A DNA stretch of 63,631 nucleotides, counting the filler, from Octopus bimaculoides (lineage: Eukaryota), in the NCBI RefSeq assembly GCF_001194135.2. It is 4 parts of 2 records of this genome, joined end to end, with 100 filler letters (N's around TTAATTAATTAA, not from the genome) between each part and the next. Parts side by side here need not be neighbours in the genome. Positions count along the whole stretch, not along the records: positions 57,297 to 63,631 come from NC_068998.1; 3 more parts are not named here. One strand, given 5' to 3'. Positions within the stretch are counted from its first letter, which is position 1; every line of letters starts with the position of its first letter. Below are positions 62,991 to 63,631 of this stretch, in pieces. The notes beneath the pieces are model-generated. The model did not search any database, had not been told where the DNA came from, and saw only the letters and a list, made by a program, of their open reading frames with translations. The position numbers and the translations under genes were made by a program.

Positions 62991-63003
62991 ATTGCTATTA
63001 CAT

Positions 63004-63044
<41 letters not shown>

Positions 63045-63495
63045 TGAGCATGTCGACATTAACGCTTGGGCGTTAGCTCTATGATTTTTTGATTGCAAAG
63101 ACATCTATTCGCTGGCAACTATTTGTGGTACAGTGCACCTAATACTTCATATGGATAATTGCCGTTGACTACCGACGGGCCTATTATGTTGATGACGGTC
63201 GTACCTTTCTTTCAAATGATTTCTTGTTTTGTTTTTTGGTATAACGTGCCATATTTGTAATGATGTTGTGCTAACATATCTAAGACCTCGTCTTTAGACC
63301 TCTTCTTTGCGTTTGTTTTAAGAACCTAGTAACAGCTAAACTTGGAAGTCAGCATCACTATTTGCGATAAAATTAAAATTATCATTAATAAATATTCTGT
63401 TGATAGTACAACGTTCAGTAGTTAGGTCCTCATACTCAGAATATTATAAAACTAGCTCTTATTTATCTATCTAGCTATTACTTAATCGCTCGGCA

Positions 63496-63631
<136 letters not shown>

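Overview
AT-rich, microsatellite-saturated animal genomic DNA from a gapped draft assembly. The SINE families and repeat landscape fit an octopus or other coleoid cephalopod (inference). Three identical 100-nt artificial spacers (N44-TTAATTAATTAA-N44) split the window into four separately assembled pieces: 1-21140, 21241-40973, 41074-57196 and 57297-63631. The first piece carries the middle of one real gene on the + strand, a CFAP221/PCDP1 homolog (cilia/flagella central-pair protein). It has seven well-supported phase-compatible exons and two tentative micro-exons; the ORF track mostly misses them. The rest is transposon debris: tRNA-derived SINEs, RTE, R4/Dong-like, CR1/L2 and Tx1-like LINE remnants, Tc1/mariner relics, MITEs and several Penelope-like element (PLE) remnants. 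The most interesting signal is a recurring set of minimal hammerhead-ribozyme (HHR) motifs with palindromic stem III. They come from at least six unrelated sequence families, several have variant cores, and most lie in fold-back structures. One PLE family has a terminal repeat that also contains a tRNA-like Pol III promoter (A and B boxes) upstream of its HHR. A separate ~260-bp unit with a near-canonical HHR interrupts an RTE LINE. All protein and family assignments come from recalled motif similarity, not database searches. Almost all long ORFs in the track are microsatellite or N-gap artefacts.
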